DNA of 28,167 nt, taken from contig NW_021836054.1 of the NCBI RefSeq assembly GCF_006345805.1, positions 1 through 28,167 on the forward strand, given 5' to 3'. Made by a program: the position numbers and the translations under genes. The notes beneath the pieces are model-generated. The model did no database searches and was not told the DNA's origin. It saw only the letters and a list, made by a program, of their open reading frames with translations. This DNA is from Octopus sinensis. Its lineage: Eukaryota. Below are positions 10,196-20,160 of this stretch, one piece after another; the stretch's first letter is position 1; the number at the start of each line of letters is the position of its first letter.

Positions 10196-10220
<25 letters not shown>
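7270..10220. repeat. ~3-kb compound TG/TA cryptic simple repeat containing a ~1330-bp tandem duplication (about 7519-8841 and 8842-10180)
   Basis: Unique landmarks recur at offsets of 1328-1332: GTGTTATGGA 8271/9599, GGAATTC 8546/9878, CTGCGCATAAG 8809/10141. Confidence 0.9.
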
Positions 10221-10226
<6 letters not shown>

Positions 10227-10319
10227 TTATATCTGCGTGTTTATATCATGATATCACTGTTTGCACATGCTTCTTCTTGTTATTGTTTATATTTTTTGTG
10301 TTATTATTTTCGTATACCA

Positions 10320-10437
10320 TTTGTTGCTTTTGTTGTTGTTGTTGTTATTTAATTTGTTATGAATATCGAATTGTTCTTCCCAATGTTTGTCGTTGTTTCT
10401 CCATCTTTCTTTGTTGTTTTTTTGTTGTTGCTCGTTA

Positions 10438-10470
<33 letters not shown>

Positions 10471-12670
10471 ATTGACGTTTTAATTTTCGTCTGTCACTAC
10501 CATGCTCGCGATTACCACCGCCACCATCAACATCACCACCATAATGGTTACAGTCACTTTCATTGCTACCACCAACACCAACACCAACACGACAACAACG
10601 GCATCACTACCATCAACACAGCCATTATGACCATACACCAACATCACCAACACCACCACCACCAACACCACCATCAACACCACCACCAACAACAACAACA
10701 CCACCACCAACAACAACAACAACAGCATCACCACAATCAACACCATCAACGCCACCATTATGACCATCACCAACACCACAACCAACACTACCAACACCGC
10801 CACCAACAACACCACCACCAACACCACCACCAACAACACCACCACCACCAACACCACCACCAACCACCACCACCAACACCACCAACACCAACAACAACAA
10901 CAATACCACCAACAACAACACCACCACCAACAACAACAACAACAACAACAACAGCATCACCACAATCAACACCATCAACGCCACCATTATGACCATCACC
11001 AACACCACCACCAACACTACCAACGCCACCACCAACAACACCATCACCAACAACAACACCACGACCATTAATAGAGACCATCACCACCATTAATACCGCC
11101 ACCATCAATACAATCATTGCAACCGCCGCCGCCACCACCACCATCAACAACAACAAGACCAGCAGTATCATCACCAACGCCACCAACCACCATTCACACA
11201 TCCATTGTGACCATCACCACTGCCACCAACTACACCCTCACCACCACCAGAACCAACGCCTCCCTCGGCCTAAAACTATCGCCTCCAGCAACGTGACCAC
11301 CACAACTGCACCCGTTATCACTATCAATATAAAGAGCAAGACCACCATTTTTACCACCATCAATACCATTGCAACACCATCGACATCATCACCATCACCA
11401 CTGCCACCACCAACACCAATATCGTGACCAGCATCATCATCACCATAAGCACATTATCACCACCATCACAACCACCATCATTACGGCTACCAATGCCATT
11501 ACAATGACCACAATCATCATCATCATCATCATCATTGTCAACATCATCATCATTCATCATCATTGTCAACATCATCATCATTCATCATCATCATCATCAA
11601 CATTATTATTATTATCATTGTCATCATCATCATCATTCATCATCATTCATCATTCATCATCGTCATCATCATCATTCATCATCATTCATCATCATCATTC
11701 ATCATTTATCGTCATCCTCATCTCCATCATCATCATCGTCGTCCTCCTCATCATCATTCATCATCATTATTCATCATTCATTATCATTCATCATCATTAT
11801 CATTCATCATCATTATCATTCATCATCATCATTCATCATCACCATTCATCATCACCATTCATCATTCATTATCATTCATTATCATTCATCATCATTATCA
11901 TTCATCATCATCATTCATCATCACCATTCATCATCATTCATTATCATTCATTATCATTCATCATCATCATCATTCATCATCATCATTCATCCTCATTCAT
12001 CATTCATCATCACTATCATCATCATCAGCAGCAGCAGCATCATTACCATCGCCATCATTATCATTCGTAATTGCAACCGATATATTTTTCTTTCTCCTGG
12101 TTCATCTATTGCTGCTGCTGCTGTTTCTGCTGTTATTGCTGCTGTAGTTGCCGCTGGTGCTTTTGTTGTTGTTGCTATTGTTGTTGTTATTGCTATTCTT
12201 CATCACATTGATATTGTTTATTTACCCAGAGTACATCATTAAAAATAGAGAAATAATTATTATTATTGATTTTGCGGGGAGGCTTAGGGTAGTGTTAGCA
12301 GTGGTGGTGGTGGTGGTGGTGGTGATGAGAGTGGTGATGGTAGTGGTGATGGTGGTGGTAGTAATGGGGGTGATGTTGGTGACGGCTGTGATAGTGGTGG
12401 TGTGGTGGTGGTGAAGGTGGTAGTGGTGGTGGCGACCTCGGCGGTGGTGGTGGCAATGGCAGCGGTGATAGCTATGGTGGTGGCGGTAGTAGTGATGGTG
12501 GTGAGAGTGGTGGTAGTGGTGGTAGTGGCGGTGGTGGTGGTGGTGGTTGTGGTGGTTGTGATGGTTATGGTGGTGATGGTAGTGATGGTGGTTATGGTGG
12601 TGCTTGTAGTGTTGGTTGTGAAGGTGATATTTCATGTACCTGTGGTGGTGGTGGTGGTGGTGGTGGTTGT
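10320..12670. repeat. Trinucleotide-repeat patchwork: (TTG)n, (CAC/CAA)n, (CAT)n, (GCT/GTT)n, (GGT)n
   Basis: Approximate blocks are 10320-10470, 10495-11500, 11510-12065, 12105-12195 and 12298-12670. There is an internal 229-bp repeat (AACAGCATCACCACAATCAACACC at 10721 and 10950). Confidence 0.9.
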
Positions 12671-12816
12671 AGATAATGCCGACAACGATGGTAGAAACAA
12701 TGGCAGTGGTGGCGATAATGACGATATTAACGTCGCTGACGTCATTATTATTGTTTCTGTTGCTGTTGTTGTGCTTGACCAACGATACATCACCACGCAT
12801 GTTCGACATGCACAAC

Positions 12817-12817
<1 letters not shown>

Positions 12818-12863
<46 letters not shown>

Positions 12864-12948
12864 TGTGTGTGTGTGTGTGCATTTACATATATATATATGT
12901 ATATATATGTACATGTATATATGTAGGTGTGTGTGTGTTTGCATTTAC

Positions 12949-12989
<41 letters not shown>

Positions 12990-13604
12990 CAAAGAGCAAT
13001 AAAGATTCAAGTTAATTTAAAAAATTTACTTGAATATGGTACCTAACTTAGATGCACCAAAAAAAACTATACTGATTTAACAATACAGTAATGTGGGGTG
13101 ATTATAAGCGAGAAAGAAGCAACATATATATATATATAAGTATGTATGTATGTATGTATGTATACATATATATGTATACATACACGTATATATATATATA
13201 TATTTAAAATATATATGTATATATATGTACATAAATATGTATACATACATATATATATATATATATATGTATTATGTATATATATACGTGTATACATAAC
13301 GTGCATGTGAGGATATTGAACATGCCTCTTCTCAGTTTCTTCTCCATATGTGGGGCGCTCCTATGCGCATGTGTGTATATGTATGTGTGTGCGTGTGTGT
13401 ATGTGTGTATGTGTATGTGTGCATGTGTCAATACGCACACAATCAAACACAGGCATATAATATATATCGCACCTCCTTGTTTATCTGCCCGTCTCTCTCC
13501 TGCAACATATATATATATATGCACGCACACATATATATATATATACCTATGCATACATATATATATATACATATATATACATATATATATACATATATAT
13601 ATAC

Positions 13605-13656
<52 letters not shown>

Positions 13657-13657
13657 A

Positions 13658-13725
<68 letters not shown>

Positions 13726-13796
13726 CATATATATACACATATGTAGTTGCGTTCATGCATCTATGCATGCGTGATATATATATACATTCATATATA

Positions 13797-13831
<35 letters not shown>

Positions 13832-13935
13832 ATGTTGGTGCTGCATTCGTGTATGTTTATGCACATGTGTCAGTGTGCGAGCGTGCGCATGCGTGTGTGT
13901 GTATATTTGTGTGTGTATATATATGTGCGTATGTA
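12818..13935. repeat. Compound (TG)n/(TA)n/(TATG)n microsatellite field with small unique islands
   Basis: Seen directly. Confidence 0.9.
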
Positions 13936-14356
13936 TAGGTATGTATAGTGTCAGTATTCGTGCGTTTCCACGAGAGATTGTTTAAGCGGTTTTTGTGGCT
14001 TGTCGAAGAAAGTCTACACAACGTGCCTTGCAGCTTTCTTGTTGGCTTTTGAAGAACTGCACAAACGTGCCTTCCAGCCTAGAATAAATTACAGAATATG
14101 GAAACAATCAGAATATCCTACGCCGTATTTAGTCTATTTACAGCCAGGCAATTTCAGAGAAACTAACTTTACTATAGCAAACACAGATAGAAGCGATGTG
14201 GGTACGTGGGTGGTTTTTATCGAAACAAGCGATGCTTATTGGTATGTAAGCCTTAGTAAGTATTTCCAGTATTAGCACGTTACAACTAATTACGGAAAAG
14301 GTGAGCAATGGTTTACATTTCTCCGTGTTGTAGAATGTGTAGCTTCTTACCACACT

Positions 14357-15291
14357 GGCGTAGCTCTGTAGTAAGAAGCTTGCTTCACATCTACATGGTA
14401 CCCTGGGCGAGCTGGTCAAGGCGGCGGGCTGGCAGAAACGGTAGCACGCCGGGCGAAATGCTTAGCGGTATTTCGTCTGACGCTACGTTCTGAGTTCAAA
14501 TTCCACCGAGGTCGACTTTGCCTTTCATCCATTCGGGGTCGATAAATTAAGTACCAGTTACGCACTGGAGTCGATATAATCGACTTAATCCGTTTGTCTG
14601 TCCTTGTTTGTCCTCTCTGTGTTTAGCCCCTTGTGGGTAGTAAAGAAAGAGGTATTTCGTCTGCCGCTACGTTCTGAGTTCAAATTCCACCGGGTCGACT
14701 TTGCCTTCATCCTTTCGGGTCGATAAATTAAGTACAGTTACGCACTGGGGTCCATGTAATCGACTTAATCCGTTTGTCTGTCCTTGTTTGTCCTCTCTGT
14801 GTTTAGCCCCTTGTGGGTAGTAAAGAAAGAGGTATTTCGGCTTCGCCGCTACGTTCTGAGTTCAAATTCCACCGAGGTCGACTTTGCCTTCATCCTTCGG
14901 GGTCAGATAAATTAAGTACCAGTTACGCACTGGGGTCCATGTAATCGACTTAATCCGTTTGTCTGTCCTTGTTTGTCCTCTCTGTGTTTTAGAGCCCCTT
15001 GTGGGTAGTAAGAAAGAGGTAGTTCGTCTGCCGCCTACGTTCTGAGTTCAAATTCCACCGAGGTCGACTTTGCCTTTCATCCATTCGGGGTCGATAAATT
15101 AAGTACCAGTTACGCACTGGAGTCGATATAATCGACTTAATCCGTTTGTCTGTCCTTGTTTGTCCTCTCTGTGTTTAGCCCCTTGTGGGTAGTAAAGAAT
15201 TAGGGACCTTAGGCAGGTGTCTTCCACTGTAACATCGGGCCGATCAAAGGCTGTTGAGTGGATTTGATAGATGGAAACTGAAAGCAGACCG

Positions 15292-15322
<31 letters not shown>
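14357..15322 (+). mobile_element. Older SINE-A-type copy split by the SINE-B array (host pieces about 14357-14407 and 15202-15322)
   Basis: The left piece matches the SINE-A head (GTAAGAAGCTTGCT...ACATGGT). The right piece resumes at ACCTTAGGCAGGTGTCTT...GAGTGGATTTGATAGATGGAAACTGAAAG and ends in (TG)n. Confidence 0.75.
14418..15200 (+). mobile_element. SINE-B head followed by four tandem ~184-bp internal units
   Basis: Units start at GGTA(T/G)TTCG 14467, 14651, 14831 and 15018 (periods 184, 180, 187). There is one A box (14430-14441) and one B box per unit (first at 14492-14504). Confidence 0.92.
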
Positions 15323-15425
15323 GAACATATTTTTAAATACAACGTAGGATTTTCTAAAAATGAGGTCTTCTATGCAGGGGTCACAGAAGGTTTTCTATAT
15401 ATTGATTTCAAATGTTGGCAATATC

Positions 15426-15602
15426 GGGGAGAGGATAAGTCAATTACGTGACCCCAGTGCTCAACTGTGATTTATTTTATCGACCTCGAAAAGGATGAAA
15501 AGCAAAATCGAACCTCGGCAGAATTTGAACTCAGAACGTAAAGATTGACGAAATGCCGCAAAGCAATTTGTCCACCGTGCTAACGCGTCTGCCAGCTTGC
15601 CG
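15426..15602 (-). mobile_element. Diverged SINE-B-family copy
   Basis: The reverse complement reads CGGCAAGCTGGCAGACGCGTTAGCAC...TTCTGAGTTCAAATTCTGCCGAGG...CTTTTCATCCTTTTCGAGGTCGATAAAAT. Confidence 0.85.
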
Positions 15603-15692
15603 GCTTTGGTTTCTCCATATATTGGCAATTGCTGTCGAAGACCGCTTGAAATAAATTGTATGCCTCAAGGAACTCCTACATAAAAATTTTTT

Positions 15693-16140
15693 GGATCTTT
15701 TCGGTTTGAACGGCAGTTTTTCTAGCGGTGTCAATGAAATTGTCACCCATAATTATGTCCCTAGTATCGATCTATTGCATTTCAATCTGTTTTGGGGTTA
15801 GGGTTAGTTAGGATTAGTTAGGGTTAGGGTTAGGGCTAGAGGTGGGGCGAAGGGTATCTTTTTTCTTCACAAATGTAAATAAACCCAATCTGTTTCTTAA
15901 ACGAGGGACATATTCATACGGCACAGAATGTTTTTTTACCTCAATGGGCGTCACTGATTGGTTGAAATTTCAGAAATTGAAGAGAAAAGACAACAAATAT
16001 CTTACAAACTATAGAATTTTCTCAATAAAACCAAGAGAAAAAGATGTTTTATAAACACATTCTACCAGTATACGAAGTTTAAAATTTTTTAGTTACGTGG
16101 AAATTATTTTAAAAAACTGCCGGTCAAACCGAAAAGATCC
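15693..16140. mobile_element. 448-bp non-autonomous TIR element (MITE-like) with internal TTAGGG-type repeats
   Basis: 29-bp terminal inverted repeats with 1 mismatch: GGATCTTTTCGGTTTGAACGGCAGTTTTT (15693-15721) and AAAAACTGCCGGTCAAACCGAAAAGATCC (16112-16140). GGGTTAGGGTTAG array at ~15794-15847. No TSD visible. Confidence 0.8.
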
Positions 16141-16384
16141 GATTATTTTATTATATCATTATTAACTTTTTTCTTTCTCTTTCATTAAGTTAGACTACAA
16201 CACATGGAAAATTTTCTGATAAATGGTTTTAAGCATAAAATAACGAAAGGTTTTCATCAAATTCATTTATAATGAAAAAAGAATAAGAGAAATCAAACTG
16301 CTTCTTAGGGAGACTATTTAAGGAGGTTTTCACTCACATAAGAAAAACTATCAAATACTGAAAACTATTTGCAAATATCCAGTA

Positions 16385-17673
16385 TGCTAATGTAAAACGT
16401 GACCTGGGCGTTATTGTCGACAGCGATTTGCGTTGGACAAAAGACATCGCTGAAATTGCCAAGAGGGCTGAGGGTGTCTTGGCATCACTCACCAAGTCCT
16501 TTGTGAGCTGCTCTCCGGCTATATATCTGCGGCTTTATATAGCTATGGTACGACCTCACCTGGAATTTGCATCACCGGTCTGGAACCCCTATCTTGCCTA
16601 GGATATTAATCGTCTGTAAACCGTTCAGCGACGTGCAACCAAGAGAATACCCTCCATCAGGCATTTGCCATATTCTGAATGCCTTATTTCCCTGGGCATG
16701 GATACATTGAAACTCCGACGTCTGACAGCTGACTTGGAAGACACCCATAAAATTATTAACCATCTTACAAACAATAACTCTGAGCATCTTTTCAAACTCC
16801 ATCTGTCTAACACCCGTGGATATATTTACAAAGTCAGAAAACAGTACAGCTCCCATGACTTTCGGAAACATTTTTTCAGGCTAAGAGTTGCTGAAGTATG
16901 GGAACAGACTGCCGGCATCAGTTGTTAGTTGTTGGAGCACTGCATCCTTCAAAACTTCCATGCTTCCTGAGATTCGCCAACACTACAACTGATTTTCTCC
17001 CCTCCATACACACACACAGGCATGTATCTGACTCATACACTGTTCACTTTCCAGACATTTGTACATTACTGCATATACTTTATACGCTCTTTTGACAAGA
17101 TGTGGTGCACCTGAGCACTGTGTACAATAATTTCATTATTATTATTATTATAACACCCGTGGACATGTTTACAAAGTCAGAAAACAGCACAGCTCCCATG
17201 ACTTTCGGAAACATTTTTTCAGGCTAAGAGTTGCTGAAGCATGGGAACAGACTGCCGGCATCAGTTGTTAGTTGTTGGAGCACTGCATCCTTCAAAACTT
17301 CCATGCTTCCTGAGATTCGCCAACACTACACCTGATTTTCTCACCTCCATACACACTCACAGCATGTATCTGACTCATACACTGTTCACTTTCCAGACAT
17401 TTGTACATTACTGCATATGCTTTATACGCACTTTTGACAAGTTGTGGTGCACCTGAGCACTGTATACAATAATTTCATTATTATTATTATTATTATTCCT
17501 GAGATTCGCCAACACTACACCTGATTTTCTCCCCTCCATACACACACAGGCATGTATCTGACTCATATACTGTTCACTTCCCAGACATTTGTACATTAAT
17601 GCACATACTTTATACGCACTTTTGACAAGTTGTGGTGCACCTGAGCACTGTATACAATAATTTCATTATTATT
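16385..17673 (+). mobile_element. CR1-clade LINE 3' end followed by two progressively shorter 3'-coterminal copies (16385-17150, 17151-17495, 17496-17673)
   Basis: Translation KRDLGVIVDSDL...LYIAMVRPHLEFASPVWNPYLA*DINRL*TVQRRATKRIP. Each unit ends GGTGCACCTGAGCACTGT(G/A)TACAATAATTTC(ATT)n. Confidence 0.9.
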
Positions 17674-17932
17674 TTAAAAATAAACGACACAAAATCAGAT
17701 AAACTAACTACAACAATAGCTTCATTTCTTATTAAGAATGCTGAGAAGGCGGAAGGTAAATCGAGACACTCTCATAAATCAAGACACTACTATTTTTAAG
17801 CCAGTTTGATTAACTCTGATTCTCTTTTGGTACACAAATATTTAGCTTGGAGTCGAACTTTAGATAAACACATACGAGTTTACCTTTCAACTGAGAGGAG
17901 GCGGTTTCTTTTTGTATTATTGATAATTACAT

Positions 17933-18130
17933 AATTTATCGACCCCGAAAGGATGAAAGGCAAAGCCGACCTCGGCGGAATTTGAACTCAGAACGTAGCG
18001 GCAGACGAAATACCTATTTCTTTACAACCCACAAGGGGCTAAACACAGAGGGGACAAACAAGGACAGACAAACAGATGAAATACCGCTAGCCATTTCGCC
18101 CGGCGTGCCAACGATTCTGCCAGCTCGCCG
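17933..18130 (-). mobile_element. SINE-B host copy containing a 58-bp inserted X-tail (18015-18072) flanked by a 13-bp direct repeat
   Basis: CAGACGAAATACC (18002-18014) and CAGATGAAATACC (18073-18085) flank TATTTCTTTAC...GGACAGACAAA. The host head is at 18086-18130. Confidence 0.85.
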
Positions 18131-18424
18131 CAGAGACCGAAAGAATACCGTGATACAGTGTGATAAAACCTTCATTAACTGGCCCATGATATTAAATAAA
18201 TAGCTTATGGTATCCAACTTAATAGCTCCAGTTCTCTTCAGCAATTGTTCGTGTAAACTGTTGAGTATACAAACGATTTGAATGCTTACTTGGTCAAATG
18301 ATGTTCAAACCCCCGAAAGAAAACCCAAACAGGTTCGAAGATCGATCAACGCTGTTCAGAATTTTCTTTCAATCTGCGAAGAAATAATTAAATTTGAAAT
18401 GTTCCTATATCTACAATGTCGATT

Positions 18425-18426
<2 letters not shown>

Positions 18427-18456
<30 letters not shown>

Positions 18457-18681
18457 TGTATGTATGTATGTATGTATGTATGTATGTATTATGTATGTAT
18501 GTATGTATGTATGTATGTATGTATGTATGTATGTATGTATGTATGTATGTATGTATTATGTATGTATATATTTGCATGTGTATATGCATGCATATTCGTG
18601 TGCGCATATGTATGTATGTAAGTCTGTATGACGTATTTATGTATGTTGTATGTATGTATGTATATATGTGTATATATATAT

Positions 18682-18714
<33 letters not shown>

Positions 18715-18811
18715 GTATATATATGTATATATACATGTATACATATATATATGTATATACATATATATATATATATATACAATATATATATATATATATA
18801 TTATAATATAT

Positions 18812-18866
<55 letters not shown>

Positions 18867-18897
18867 GTATATATATATGTATATATATATATATATG
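18427..18897. repeat. (TATG)n followed by (TA)n microsatellite
   Basis: Seen directly. Confidence 0.95.
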
Positions 18898-19110
18898 TAG
18901 TTCGTTTAAAACAGGTAATTATCAGATTTGAAAATAATTCATTAATCATCGATTTTCCGATAATCTTTTAAAGACTCAAGTAATTTTCAATGATTTTTGT
19001 TTTCTTTTTTTTCCAGGGGACTTATTATCACATTACTTTTGGTCTTCTTTTCTTCTCATTTCTACGCTGCTCCTTCAGCTTTACTTCCTCATCATCATCA
19101 TCATCATTAT

Positions 19111-19149
<39 letters not shown>

Positions 19150-19229
19150 TTGCAGTAGCAGCAGTTTACTGTGCCTAATTCTAAGGTTTTCGTCCTTCAT
19201 TAAATGTTTTACCATTTCCATCATCAAAT

Positions 19230-19310
19230 GCAGGCTTGTCTGTGTGGTTGAGAAACTCGCTTTTCAACCCTGTGGCTGTAGGTTCAGTCCCAGTGCGTGG
19301 CATCTTCAGC
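19230..19310 (+). mobile_element. Diverged SINE-A head (host of the RTE insertion; resumes briefly at ~19661-19671)
   Basis: GTCTGTGTGGTTGAGAAACTCGC...GGTTCAGTCCCAGTGCGTGGCATCTT aligns to 5121-5200. Confidence 0.75.
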
Positions 19311-19660
19311 CACCTACACTCGCCTCCTTATGAGAGCTCAAAATCTCTCGTGGAAGCGTCATCCAACCAAAATGCAAATATATGGGAAACTGCCACCTGT
19401 ATCATCTCTTGTGAAAGGTAGAAGAGTCCAGTTTGCTGGACATTGTTGTAGAGCTGAAAACGAGGTAATTTCTACTTTTCTCCTCTGGAAGCCATCTACT
19501 CGCAATACTAGAGGGCGCACACTCTCCTACCCTGATGTAATATCCAGGGATACAGGCATCCAGCAACATGACCTCCATGGTGCTATGATGGGCCGTAAAG
19601 TCTGGTATAACATGGTAAATTCTATTGTCTCGACCACGGTCGAACAATGATGATGATGAT
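19311..19660 (+). mobile_element. 5'-truncated RTE/RTE-X-type LINE 3' end with (TGA)n tail and 9-bp TSD
   Basis: Peptide TYTRLLMRAQNLSWKRHPT...RRVQFAGHC.R...LLWKP...GRTLSYPD...DTG...VW fits the RTE-group ORF C-terminus. The stop codon (19648-19650) runs into (TGA)n. ATCTTCAGC occurs at 19302-19310 and 19659-19667. Confidence 0.85.
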
Positions 19661-19665
19661 CTTCA

Positions 19666-20146
19666 GCAAGTTGATTTAATTTTTCTCTACTCTTTAAGAT
19701 GTACCGCGATGTCACTTTCCGTAGTATCTATGCGAGAGATATCATACAAATCACAAACATCAATGGTGACAGGCTATCTCTTTGAAATACGACTCAGTTG
19801 GTGTTGAAACTCCCGCCAAGTTTTCCACATAAAGTCAACTCTGTATTCCAATCGTTCATTGATCTCTTGATAAAATTTGACATGTTGTCAGACACCTGTA
19901 CCAACTCAAGACTTTCTAAAATCCAAGAATGGAGGCCCTTGTTATACGCTTTCTTATAATCGTTCCGCCCTTGCTCAGATTAGTGTTTTCTTGCAATCGT
20001 TCAGTATCATTCTGTCCATCAGAAGTTGGTCTTTTGTCCCTCGGTTTTTCCTTCTGCATCCATTCTGTCCTACTGGCAGCTTGTCATTCATTTCCAGTAA
20101 ATTATACACGCAATCAGATATTATTCTTGTCATCAGCTTCTACATC
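19666..20146 (-). pseudogene. R4/Dong-clade LINE reverse transcriptase fragment, ending just before the catalytic motif
   Basis: Manual translation: KLMTRIISD...LPVGQNGCRRKNRGTKDQLLMDRMILNDCKK / DYKKAY (19944-19961)...HSWILESL...SMNDWNTELT...FQRDSLSP (19764-19787) LMFVICM...KLNQL. This matches the pattern EQKGCR...GTKDQLLID / DYKKAYD.VPHSW / IFQGDSLSP / KINHLLFMDD. Confidence 0.85.
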
Positions 20147-20160
20147 ATTATTATTATTAA

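Noticed and set aside
14467-15200. CRISPR-like or retrozyme-like array
   Set aside because: There are no unique spacers, the units are SINE-internal sequence in a eukaryotic context, and no CUGANGA/GAAA hammerhead core is present on either strand of the unit.
15794-15847. Telomere or chromosome-fusion scar
   Set aside because: The array is only ~50 bp, degenerate and internal to a TIR-bounded element.
19230-19660. New chimeric SINE (tRNA head fused to an RTE tail)
   Set aside because: The 9-bp TSD ATCTTCAGC brackets only the RTE part and the SINE-A core resumes after it, so this is an insertion, not a chimera.
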